DNA of 64,000 nt from Guillardia theta CCMP2712 (taxonomy: Eukaryota; Protista; Cryptophyta), in the NCBI RefSeq assembly GCF_000315625.1, contig NW_005434611.1, positions 1 to 64,000 on the forward strand, written 5' to 3'. Both the position numbers and the translations under genes were made by a program. How positions within the stretch are numbered: position 1 is the stretch's first letter; each line of letters begins with the position of its first letter. Below the pieces are notes generated by a model. That model saw nothing but the letters and a program-made list of their open reading frames with translations, did not search any database and was not told the origin of the DNA. Of this stretch, positions 1 to 9,109 are shown in pieces.

Positions 1-3000
1 TAAGAAGCGATGCATTCGGGTTGATTTAAAGAGGACGAAGATTTTCCTGATTGTTTTCTGTTTGCCTCTTTGTTCCCAAATCGCTTGTAGGAGTATGCAG
101 AGTGCGATGGTATGTGCTCTGATGACGCTACATTTTCCGTGTATCTTGATCGCTCCGCGTTCCTGCTCTCCTTCCTTTTCTTGCGTGCTGTATCCTATCG
201 ACATTGATCGACCCTTCCTGTTTCGTGATATGTCGCCGTGGATTGCGGACCACACGTGGTTCCTGTTCTTCTCCTGTTTGGCCGAGGCTTGATAGTTTTC
301 GTTTTGCTTCCTTCGGTATTCTTGTAGCTCCTCCTGTTCAGGGATCAGGTGTACTGTGAGTTGGACAATTATTCTCTCTTGTTCCGACTCTTTGCAGTAG
401 ACAATCAGGTCGTCTTGTGACTTCCTGAGGCTCCGATCGCCCGTCCTCCAGAAATTTGCAGCGTAACATATTTCTGATCCTTTAGGTACCTTACCGACTA
501 GCATGAAGCCGTCAGGGATTTCTTTCCTGAAGCAAGTTTGGTTCCATCCGATCATGATTGTTCCGGACTCGCATGCGGCGTGGCTGAGGTATTGCTCCTG
601 TTGGTCGATCCATATTATTTCACGTCGAACCTCGTCGTCTTGCAAGCTGTCTGTTGCGGCCTGGATTGTCGGGTGATAGAGGGTGGGCCAGTTGCTGAAC
701 TGTTTTGTTTCAGCGAGCATCCCCAAGTGTTCTAGAAATTCGTACGACAGCGGAAGGCCTTGTTGTCTATCTCGGATTTCAGCCATGGCGGTGGTTAGAT
801 GTTCCCACCAAGCTTGCGAGTTGAGTAAACTGTTGTGTTTTTTGCTGATATGCTTAGCAATTTGCAGTAGGATCTCTGTCTTCTCTGGGTTCTTGGCGCC
901 ATCTTCATCTTCTTTCCTCGCAAATGGTGCCGAGCGAAGGGAAGGTTCGGCTTCTTTGATGTCTTGTTCTTGGCCTGTGTGACTTCTGGGCCGGTCCATG
1001 ATTGCTATGTCGCCCTTGATTTTGAAACTTTCCTTACCTTTTAGGATAAGGTGTTCCTGTTGATCCAGATTGCCTAGTAATTTAGCCATGAGGGATCTTG
1101 TGTTTGCATGAGCTGGGTGTGGCCTTCTCTCTTCTGCTGCTTCCCGATGCTTTTTGGATGTCTCCTCCCGGTCCTCCTCTGATTGCGGGTGTGACTTTCG
1201 TTTTCGGGTTGTAGCACTATCCTGTGTGACAACCTCTCGTCTTTTCCTCTTTGTTCCTGATGCTCTGTTGACGCTGCTTACCCAGATGACATTTTCTTGT
1301 AGCAATTGCATTACGATCCCCTCCGCCTCCTCGCGTTGCCTTGGGAAAGGCCAGAGCTTCCTTGGCAAATGCAGTTCTTCGTCCGCGATAGGTCGTACAT
1401 TGCGTAGCAAGGAGAATTGGAGTTTCGGGAGTTGCCTCCATAAGGCTTGGAAGTTCGTCCAGCCCTGTGGTCTGTTACAGTCGTTCAAGTTTGCCACCAT
1501 ATCCTCCATCCTATGAAGGAGGGAGATGCTTCCAGGTAGGTGACCTGCTTCTATATGGGCCCAGCTGATCCTCGTGTTTAGTTTTTCCGCCAGCCAGACT
1601 GCTAAAGCTTCGGGTCCCCGCACCACATCCCGCTCCATAGTTCGAAAATTCATTTCTCTTTGGAGCTCTAGCATTGTTTGACACCCCCATTTTACGCACG
1701 AGTTTCTGAGTTTAGATATCAGTCTATCTTGGATGTCTCCACCATGCTTACTATTCACTTCTCGTTCGATGTATCGTAACGCTGCTCTCCCTAGGATTGG
1801 GGCAGGATGAGGGACCTGCAGCCCTCCATTCTCTGTTGGCAGGTAGAATATACCATTCCCTGTACTTTTGCTTAGGCCTAACGCTTTTTTAAAAGCTCGT
1901 ATCCACAGTTGATCTAATTCTTGTAGGTCTCGCCAAGTCCATCCAGTCATGACTGCGGAGTAGCGAAAGACGTTGAGAATTCCAACTTTCACCAGGTAAA
2001 ATTTTTGCGCAGGAGTATAACTCGACGAGCTGATATTGTTGATCAGTTCTTTGGTTTTTTCAAAGACGTATGCTCGTTCTCCCCAAGTGAAAGGGCAGCC
2101 CTTTATTCTTCGTCTTTCTTCCTTCCACAGAGAGATGCGATAGCCGAGATATTTGAACGGTTTAGTAGCCGGTAGGGCTTCGACAGGTTCCCCCATGACC
2201 GTTATTTTGTTCGCACCAGGAACCTCTCCCTTGCGAGCATAGTCGAAGCTGGTTATCTCTGATTTCTTATTGTTGATTTGCAGTCCTGACCATTTGCAGA
2301 AGGAATCCACCACTGCTACCAACTCTCGCATTTCTTTCATCGTGTGTGCGATGAGTACCATGTCATCGGCGAAGGACAGGTTGTTTGTTGTTCCTGTGCT
2401 GCACTTGTCCAATTGCCTAGAGAGGATGCATAGCACCAAGTTGGCCAGTTGTGGGCTACTTGCTCCACCTTGTGGCAGCCCGATCATTAGAGGTATTTTC
2501 CCTGTGTTGAACTCGTTTGTTTGTATTTGCAGTTCGACTCCACTGTTGCAGGCTATCACAGTTCTAATGTCTTCAGGATGGAAGCCTAGGCTGTTCATTG
2601 CCTGCTCGACCACCTCGATCGCCACATTGTTAAAGAAGTTCGCAAAGTCCAGGTACAAGAGAATGAGGGACGTTTTGGCCTCTTCTGCTTCTTCTACGAT
2701 CGAGATCAGTCGATGAGCCTGCCGACTTGTGCTTCTGCCTGGACGGAACCCCTCCTGGAAGTTTGTGAGGACGTTATTTGCTTCTACTGTCTTACTCAGA
2801 CGATGCGCCAGGATTGCCTGAACTAGTCGAGTAAGCGTTGACATGACGCATATAGGCCGCATGTTTTCGAGAATGTGACAGAATTGATTTTTTGGCAGGA
2901 GGCGTACTCTCGCTGTCTTGTTGAGAACCTCTGCTTTGCCTTCTAGGGCCGCGTTGACTAACTTGCCAACTTCCTCTCGGCATGCTGGTGGCAGCGCCCG

Positions 3001-6000
3001 CAGCACTTCGTTCGAAATGAGGTCAAGTCCTGCAGCCTTTCGTCTCGGCGCCGAGGCGAGCCAGACATCAATCTCTCCCGGTGCCAGGGGTCTGGTGATT
3101 TCCTGTTGTTGTCTCCTTGAAAGCTGCACCCCCTCAGGCGGTGTGATCTGTCTTGGGGCCACGGTTGTGAACGACTTACATTTTGTGCAGTACGGGGTAA
3201 TCCCTCCCCCTCCGATGGTCTCGTCGCTTGAGTCAGCCAAGGGGAGCATACATCCGATGTTTGAGCATTTTGAGCAGGTCCCTTGTTTCGTGCATGCGTT
3301 GACGCTGAAGAAGAATCGTGTATGGTCCGCGTCCTCTAGCTCTCTAACCTTCTGCATTGGGAGATGATCCGTGAGATCACGGTATCCTGCTATCTCCCAT
3401 GTTGTTTTATCCGATTCTTCTAGTGCTACAATTGCTTTCGTGATTGTGTTTGCAGGTAGCAGTGATAGAAAGATCCAGTCATCTGTCCCTTCTCGCTCGA
3501 TCCCAATCATCAGTTGCTGGTTTGCACTCCAAAATGCTCTAACGCCCCTCGTGTCTTCGCTAGATAGGGTTGCTTCGATTTGGTTGATGAGCTCGTCGGC
3601 ATTGTCGACTATCTTGCCGAGCAGTCGAAGAGCCAAGCCTTTGTGGCAACGAAGGGAGTTAGGGTGTTTTTTCTTGATGTCTTGACTTATCATCGGTTCT
3701 TTGGGAATGAAATCACTCTTGCGTCCCATTGCATTCTGGGATTCACGGCTGCCTACCGTGCCTAGCCGTGTTTGCTGCTGTTGGCAGATCTCTTGGAAAA
3801 CTTCGTTGTTTTGTTCTTCACATATCGTTCTGAACCTCTCGATCTTAGTTCGCAATTCTCTTTGTAATGTAGCTTCCGTAGGTACTCCAGTCGCTGGGCT
3901 TTGCTGTGATGCTTCCCTAAGTTTAGTCCGCAAGTTGCGGATCGATCTCTTCAAATCCATTTGTTCTTTGTTCGAATGTCGCCTCCCTCCCTTTCTGATT
4001 TTCACCTCCTTTAGTGGTAGAGAGTTGGCGAGCATCTCACAAATGTTACATTCTTGCGCCTTAGCTCGCATGTCTCGTATGTTTGCATCTAGTTGTTGCG
4101 CCCATTCGATCTTCTTCTCCTCCCACGAATCGCGATCCAGCACCCATCTGCTTTTAGGGGTTTCCCCCTTCTTCTGTCGTGAATTCATCTGATGCACTTC
4201 TACTCGTGGGATTAGCTGCGTCTCCTCGGACGTGAACTTGGTGTGTACTTGCACCACCAGGGCTCTGTGATCAACTGCTCCCCCTATCACACAGCCGTCG
4301 ACCGTCCACGATTGAAGGGAGATGTTTGGAAAGTTGTCCTCGTCACTTGGGGGGTGAATAGCGAGAACTGCGTCGAGTTTGGCTTCTATCAGTTCTTGTT
4401 TGTACCATGTTGAGAAGGTAAATGTTGTCCCAGTCTCGCTGATCTGTTCATATGAGAGTGTACGGTGTGCGGAAAGGTCTGCCAGGAATTTCTCGAATCT
4501 CTCATCTGCTTTTGCGGTGATAGATGAGGGGGAATATCCTCTCCGCATTGGTGTTGTTGTGTTGGTTCTTGCTGCATTAAAGTCTCCGGCTATGATGTGT
4601 GTCTCTCTCGTTCCCAGAGCGAGGTGTAGCAGCTCTGCCCACAGTTCCCCTTGCTCTCGAATCGCATTTTCCGCAGGTACCTGATGGAGGTTTGTGACTA
4701 AGAAAGAGTTTTTCCCTGTTCCGACTTTGATCGAAAACACTCGGTTTCGATATTTCTTTTCTTTGTTGCACGCCTGGTGAGCGGCAGGGGAGGGTGACGG
4801 CGACAGGGCCGCATGTACCAGCGTTACCAACCTCAGGTCTCCTTTCCCCTTCTTCGCATTGATCTTTGCAGGCCCCAGGAAGATTCTGTAGCAGGCCCAG
4901 TTCTCCTTGATCATCTTCCTTAATTTGTTCTCGTCGCGGGCCGAGACCCTTACCTCTTGTAGTAGCACAACCCCAGGTTGGAAGGACTGGATTAAGTATG
5001 CGAGGATGTGCTTGAGAACAAAGTGATTGCAACCATTCACATTTTGTGAGATGAGGAAACCTGGGTCTGAGCTTTTTCGATGCATCTGCGCCCAATCATT
5101 GCCCCTTTGCTCCTCCTGCCTTTCCCCCCTCCGCTCCTTCCCTCTCTGGGAGGTTTTCTCTCCTGATTGTGCATTCTCCTCCATTTCCTCACCCAGATGT
5201 CTTGGTTGGGGCTTCGTGGGGGTCGCTTGCCGCTGGATTGCGATCGGCTGTACCTCCTCCTCAAGCTTTGTCGTCGAGGTCATCAGCCGCTGGATTGCGT
5301 GTGGCTGTACCTCCTCCTCAAGCTTTGTCGTCGAGGTCATCAGCCGCTGGATTGCGTGTGGCTGTACCTCCTCCTCAAGCTTTGTCGTCGAGGTCATCAG
5401 CCGCTGGATTGCGTTCGGCTGTACCTCCTCCTCCGGCTTTGTCGTCGATGTCAAGTTCTCTTGCACCCTCGCCTCCTTCGGCAGAGATCGCAGAATTACC
5501 TGGGCCGTTTCCTCCATCTTCTCCAGATGGGTGAGAGCTTCGATCAGTTGTGTTCTGGTTTGCATCAGCCATTCTTGCGGAGGTCTTAGTCTTGTCCTCG
5601 TTTCCATCGTTGCTAGCCAGTCTTGATTTGTCTCGCAGAGCAGTAGGGTGTGAAGGATAGCGAACACTCCGCAGTTGAAGTTATCTTCCTGTTGGAAGGC
5701 TGAGCACCACTTTACCTGCCATGGGGCGTTGGTCTGATCGTCAAAGATGTGTTCGATCACTCCGATTGTCAGCTCAGCCATTTCTCTTGCTCCGTGCTCC
5801 CCCGTTGTTGCAAGATTCCTCGCTCCCTCGATCCCTCGTGGGTCCCTCGTTGTGCTCGTTCTGTCCTCGCAGAGAGGGTCCAAGATGTACGCGCATCGCC
5901 GATCATATCTTAATGCAATTAGAATCCAGTGGTTGCTGTGGATGATAGTTGGAAACAGGAAGGTGTGTTGCTCATCTCTCAAGCTGCTGAGGTGAAATCT

Positions 6001-6387
6001 GTTCCCGACTCTCAAGCGGGACGCCTCGTCTCGCAGACTGGATATTACCCTTGGCAAGAAGATGATGTTCCGCGTTTGCTGGTCCTCGTGGGCTCTCCCT
6101 TTGCGTACCATGTGTATTGCTCGTCCTCCTTGAAGAGCCTTGCTCATCTCATTGAGAGTAACTTCGATCATGTTCTCGCATAAAAATCCGCTTACTCCTC
6201 GATTGTTCAGGGCAGTGATGCCAAATTCCTTGTCGCCTCGTTTGTCTGACCATGGGATCTCCTCGATCCAATCAAAAAAATACAGTGTTCTATCTACATG
6301 TTGCGTTTCCTTTGAAACCGTTTCCATCTCCCCCCCTTGCCTACTCCCGGCACTCCCCCCTTCCTCCTCCCTTCCTCCTCCTGTCAT
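1..6387 (-). CDS. LINE ORF2 polyprotein (Ulp1-like protease + APE endonuclease + Cys4 ribbon + reverse transcriptase + long C-terminal region), partial, at least 2129 aa
   Basis: Segments translated by hand all fall in one frame from ATG 6387: HSNHWILIAL..YILDPL..FQQEDNFNCGVF (C48 protease); ISQNVNG, VLLQEV, IIAGDFNA, KLDAV, VDHRAL (APE); KAAGLDLISNE, NMRPICVMS, QEGFRPG, LDFANFF, GLPQGGASSP, LSFADDMVL, FKYLGY, GGLQVP (RT). The ORF track lists no terminated ORF in this frame, consistent with an open frame to base 1. Confidence 0.93.
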   Translation of the reverse strand, partial: MTGGGREEEGGSAGSRQGGEMETVSKETQHVDRTLYFFDWIEEIPWSDKRGDKEFGITALNNRGVSGFLCENMIEVTLNEMSKALQGGRAIHMVRKGRAHEDQQTRNIIFLPRVISSLRDEASRLRVGNRFHLSSLRDEQHTFLFPTIIHSNHWILIALRYDRRCAYILDPLCEDRTSTTRDPRGIEGARNLATTGEHGAREMAELTIGVIEHIFDDQTNAPWQVKWCSAFQQEDNFNCGVFAILHTLLLCETNQDWLATMETRTRLRPPQEWLMQTRTQLIEALTHLEKMEETAQVILRSLPKEARVQENLTSTTKPEEEVQPNAIQRLMTSTTKLEEEVQPHAIQRLMTSTTKLEEEVQPHAIQRLMTSTTKLEEEVQPIAIQRQATPTKPQPRHLGEEMEENAQSGEKTSQRGKERRGERQEEQRGNDWAQMHRKSSDPGFLISQNVNGCNHFVLKHILAYLIQSFQPGVVLLQEVRVSARDENKLRKMIKENWACYRIFLGPAKINAKKGKGDLRLVTLVHAALSPSPSPAAHQACNKEKKYRNRVFSIKVGTGKNSFLVTNLHQVPAENAIREQGELWAELLHLALGTRETHIIAGDFNAARTNTTTPMRRGYSPSSITAKADERFEKFLADLSAHRTLSYEQISETGTTFTFSTWYKQELIEAKLDAVLAIHPPSDEDNFPNISLQSWTVDGCVIGGAVDHRALVVQVHTKFTSEETQLIPRVEVHQMNSRQKKGETPKSRWVLDRDSWEEKKIEWAQQLDANIRDMRAKAQECNICEMLANSLPLKEVKIRKGGRRHSNKEQMDLKRSIRNLRTKLREASQQSPATGVPTEATLQRELRTKIERFRTICEEQNNEVFQEICQQQQTRLGTVGSRESQNAMGRKSDFIPKEPMISQDIKKKHPNSLRCHKGLALRLLGKIVDNADELINQIEATLSSEDTRGVRAFWSANQQLMIGIEREGTDDWIFLSLLPANTITKAIVALEESDKTTWEIAGYRDLTDHLPMQKVRELEDADHTRFFFSVNACTKQGTCSKCSNIGCMLPLADSSDETIGGGGITPYCTKCKSFTTVAPRQITPPEGVQLSRRQQQEITRPLAPGEIDVWLASAPRRKAAGLDLISNEVLRALPPACREEVGKLVNAALEGKAEVLNKTARVRLLPKNQFCHILENMRPICVMSTLTRLVQAILAHRLSKTVEANNVLTNFQEGFRPGRSTSRQAHRLISIVEEAEEAKTSLILLYLDFANFFNNVAIEVVEQAMNSLGFHPEDIRTVIACNSGVELQIQTNEFNTGKIPLMIGLPQGGASSPQLANLVLCILSRQLDKCSTGTTNNLSFADDMVLIAHTMKEMRELVAVVDSFCKWSGLQINNKKSEITSFDYARKGEVPGANKITVMGEPVEALPATKPFKYLGYRISLWKEERRRIKGCPFTWGERAYVFEKTKELINNISSSSYTPAQKFYLVKVGILNVFRYSAVMTGWTWRDLQELDQLWIRAFKKALGLSKSTGNGIFYLPTENGGLQVPHPAPILGRAALRYIEREVNSKHGGDIQDRLISKLRNSCVKWGCQTMLELQREMNFRTMERDVVRGPEALAVWLAEKLNTRISWAHIEAGHLPGSISLLHRMEDMVANLNDCNRPQGWTNFQALWRQLPKLQFSLLRNVRPIADEELHLPRKLWPFPRQREEAEGIVMQLLQENVIWVSSVNRASGTKRKRREVVTQDSATTRKRKSHPQSEEDREETSKKHREAAEERRPHPAHANTRSLMAKLLGNLDQQEHLILKGKESFKIKGDIAIMDRPRSHTGQEQDIKEAEPSLRSAPFARKEDEDGAKNPEKTEILLQIAKHISKKHNSLLNSQAWWEHLTTAMAEIRDRQQGLPLSYEFLEHLGMLAETKQFSNWPTLYHPTIQAATDSLQDDEVRREIIWIDQQEQYLSHAACESGTIMIGWNQTCFRKEIPDGFMLVGKVPKGSEICYAANFWRTGDRSLRKSQDDLIVYCKESEQERIIVQLTVHLIPEQEELQEYRRKQNENYQASAKQEKNRNHVWSAIHGDISRNRKGRSMSIGYSTQEKEGEQERGAIKIHGKCSVIRAHTIALCILLQAIWEQRGKQKTIRKIFVLFKSTRMHRFL
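5230..5450. repeat. 57-bp tandem repeat (~4 copies) inside ORF2, encoding MTSTTKLEEEVQPHAIQRL units
   Basis: CCGCTGGATTGCG recurs at 5230, 5287, 5344 and 5401. It is in frame, between the protease and APE domains. Confidence 0.92.
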
Positions 6388-6396
6388 GATTCGGTT

Positions 6397-8444
6397 TTAG
6401 AGTTGAGAGGCAACCTCTCCCTCTTGGTTGCCACTCTCCTCTTCCATCTCCAGTCCCATCTCCTCCTCTGCCTTGCTCAAGAGAAACTCAATTTCGTCTC
6501 CCGAGCCAACGCTGCCTTGGTAGGTTAGCGTAGCTGTGAGAACTAATTTATTCAGGGCAAGAAACAACAGGTCAGTTCGAAATTCTTTTTGTTGTTTCTC
6601 CCCTCCTCTCCCTGTTGCTTTTGCAAAGGCTCCCTGGCGTCTTCTTGATGCTACCGTCTCCCACGCATGCTGCTCGCTTACTCTTGCAATCTTACTCTTC
6701 AAAACTTGCATGTCGTCGTCCTGGGTTGCCGAGGATGATTCCGCCCATTCCTTCAGTGTCGGAAAACATGCATTTCCAGGAGATGACAAGCTGTCGTACA
6801 GGCCGACGATGGCTCCATCGAGCCTGAGTTTGCAAGCTTGGTTTTCTGCACTCTGTCCCTGGTTGACAGTCTCCTCTAGAACTTTGTAGAGAACGATCGA
6901 TAACTGTTTCGTACACGCCACTCATACACCATCTCATTCTCGATCCGTTCGAGATCTACCTGAGCCCAAAGAGGCTCTGTAGGGGGTTCTGTAGCGATCG
7001 CTTCCCAGGCGCAAAGGACCTGAGGATGTCAATCGCCGTTTCTTTTTCTGAGAAGCTGAGCACTAGATGTTCACCGTTCCAGCTGTTGGTCTCGACATCT
7101 TCTTTCGAGGAGATCTTGACGATGTGCTCAGCCGCTGACTCCTTCCAGCTCGCCACGATCCGTCTCAGTCCTCGAATTGTCATGCCCATAGAGAGATCCT
7201 CCCCGTCGCAGATCTGTTCAGCTTCCTCTCTGGTGAACCTTCCCTTCTGTGCTTTACTCTTGACCAGTACCTCATAGGTCACTCTTCGTGGTACTGCTCC
7301 TAGCGCGTCGGGCAAGAAGTCCAACCTAATTGGATGCTGTCTCGTTACCCTGGTGATTGCACTAACCTGAGTAGTGAACCATTTGAGGATTTTTTCATCT
7401 TCCGACATCAGTCCGAGGTGTATGCTTCCTCCATTCCTGTCGTCTCCCTCAAACATCCGTAGCGTGGTGCTCGTCTTTCTTCCTTCCACAGAGAGATGCG
7501 ATAGCCGAGATATTTTGTCGTATCTCGTCCACTCCGGCTGCTGCGAAAGTGCGTTTGTTGGGCTGACCTTGAGGTCTCCTCTTCGTCTTGACCTCTAGCT
7601 GCATGCCCGCTTCCGGCTGCACCTCCAACACAGCTATTCCTTGTTGCAGCATGTGTTGACGATAGATCTCCGTAATCCCGGCTGAGTTCATGCCATTCAT
7701 CTTGAGGAGGTGAGAGAACTCAGCTAGGGCCCCCGCCTTGCCAGAGTGCTTATCCTTCTGTGGCCTTATCTTGAAGGAGCAAGGATGCTTCGAATGCGCG
7801 TTCACCGCGCGGATCATCTTTCCGTCGATCCTGAAGTTCGTCTGTCCTTTCCACAGCAGTTCTGCTGCGTCGTTCAATTGGAGTGTTGCCACGACTGGGA
7901 TTTCATCCACTGTCGGAATCAAATCTTTCTTGATCGGGGCTCTCCACGAGATGCATTTCTTGCCCTGCTCCTCGTGCACCAAGAGTCCTTGATCCTTCAA
8001 CTTCTCACACAGTACCTCAACTTGTTTTATGTACTGGGTAGGAACTCCGAGGATAGCCATGGTAATCAGTTTACCACTCTCGGGGGACGCTCCTGAAGCA
8101 TCGATGCAGGCACTCTTGTCTAGTACCTCCTGTTTGTCTGCGTTCCATGCAGAGACATACCACGACTGTCCTTCTTCCCCCCATTCTTTGATGGCATCCT
8201 CCTGGCTCCTGACTTCAGCATGTTTGCAGGTCTGTCGAATGGCTTCGGCTAAGGCGTTCATCGAGACTTCCTTGGACTGCAAGGCTCTGCCTGTCCTGCT
8301 CTGAGGGTACTGCCTGACGAAGTGTTCCAATCTTCGGATCAGCTCTCCTAGCGAAGGTGCTGAAGGCGTCGTGTCCTTGTTTAGGAACTGGGAAACTCGG
8401 ACACGAGCAATCTGTTTCCTTTCCTCTTTGGATAGATACCACAT
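6397..8444 (-). pseudogene. LINE ORF1 (gag-equivalent, RRM-like), broken by several frameshifts
   Basis: ORF pieces 7449-8450, 6956-7489 and 6397-6921 align colinearly by eye with intact ORF 9110-11257 (YPQSRT/YPNSRT, IDGK/IDGR, GALAEFSHLL/GSLAELTHLL, GRFTREE/GRFTRKE, SWNGEHL/SWNGSKL, SPGN/SPGS, LLFLALNK/FLFIALSK). Confidence 0.85.
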
Positions 8445-8532
8445 GATCAAACAACCGTTTCTGCACAGAAAAATATCCTGTTCAGCACACTAGCTCGCAG
8501 GGATCCCCTCAAACTGCAGGGGAGGAGAGCAT

Positions 8533-8612
8533 GTCTGTTACTCCAGCGGTCTGTCTGTTACTCCAGCGGTCTGTCTGTTACTCCAGCGGTCTGTCTGTTA
8601 CTCCAGCGGTCT
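8533..8612. repeat. Four perfect 20-bp tandem copies (GTCTGTTACTCCAGCGGTCT) forming the 5' terminus of the LINE
   Basis: Read directly from the sequence. Confidence 0.97.
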
Positions 8613-8706
8613 CCTAAACCCTAGCGGTCTCCTAAACCCTAAACCCTAAACCCTAAACCCTAAACCCTAAACCCTAAACCCTAAACCCTAAACCCTAAAC
8701 CCTAAA
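8613..8706. repeat. Telomeric repeat tract (CCCTAAA)n, ~11 perfect units at 8631-8706
   Basis: Arabidopsis-type TTTAGGG, C-rich on the + strand, implying the chromosome end lies to the left. Confidence 0.97.
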
Positions 8707-8870
8707 GAATTTCATAGCTAAGAACTATTGCTCTTTGCTCAATTAGAATGCTAGAATGTTGCTCGGCCTCGTTGTGGGCTTATGCAATTTGATCCTAGTC
8801 TAAAGAGGCTACAATGCGAACCCTGCTTCTGAGGCGTCTTTCTACTCTGTACTTCTGCTGTCTTCTCTTG

Positions 8871-9084
8871 GCTTCCTCAGCCTCAGTCAGGAGAGTTGCC
8901 TCTCCTCACCTTGGCCTTCGGTCACCACCTACTCTACCTCCATTCAGCTTCCTCAGCCTCAGTCAGAAGAGTTGCCTCTCCTCACCTTGGCCTTCGGTCG
9001 CCACCTACTCCTCCTCCATTCAGCTTCCTCAGCCTCAGTCAGGAGAGTTGCCTCTCCTCACCTTGGCTTTCGGTCGCCTCCTAC
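8871..9084. repeat. 76-bp tandem repeat (~2.8 copies) in the 3' UTR of the ORF1-only element
   Basis: GCTTCCTCAGCCTCAGTCAG recurs at 8871, 8947 and 9023. Confidence 0.92.
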
Positions 9085-9109
9085 CTTCTCTCCTTACCTT
9101 GAGCTCAGC

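Larger units (their letters stand above)
1..8612 (-). mobile_element. Telomere-associated non-LTR retrotransposon (LINE), autonomous type; 3' part extends beyond window start
   Basis: ORF1 fragments (6397-8444) and a long ORF2 with APE and RT motifs. The 5' end abuts (CCCTAAA)n at 8613. Confidence 0.93.

Noticed and set aside
1217-1441. Off-frame peptide AFPKATRGGG resembling ORF1 AFAKATGRGG
   Set aside because: Short, low-complexity and overlapping ORF2; probably chance.
1-6387. Telomerase RT or Penelope-like identity, or a dead RT because no ORF is listed
   Set aside because: APE and LINE-type RT motifs are clear. The ORF is unlisted because it has no stop inside the window.
62-6400. Numerous + strand ORFs over the LINE
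   Set aside because: They are antisense shadows of the long minus-strand ORF2 and carry no motifs.
6397-8444. Alternative genetic code or introns explaining the ORF1 breaks
   Set aside because: The breaks are frame changes, with sequence missing relative to the paralogue. Neighbouring genes read normally in the standard code. Decay or assembly error is simpler.
8533-8612. CRISPR-like array
   Set aside because: The repeats are contiguous with no spacers, no cas genes are present, and the context is eukaryotic.
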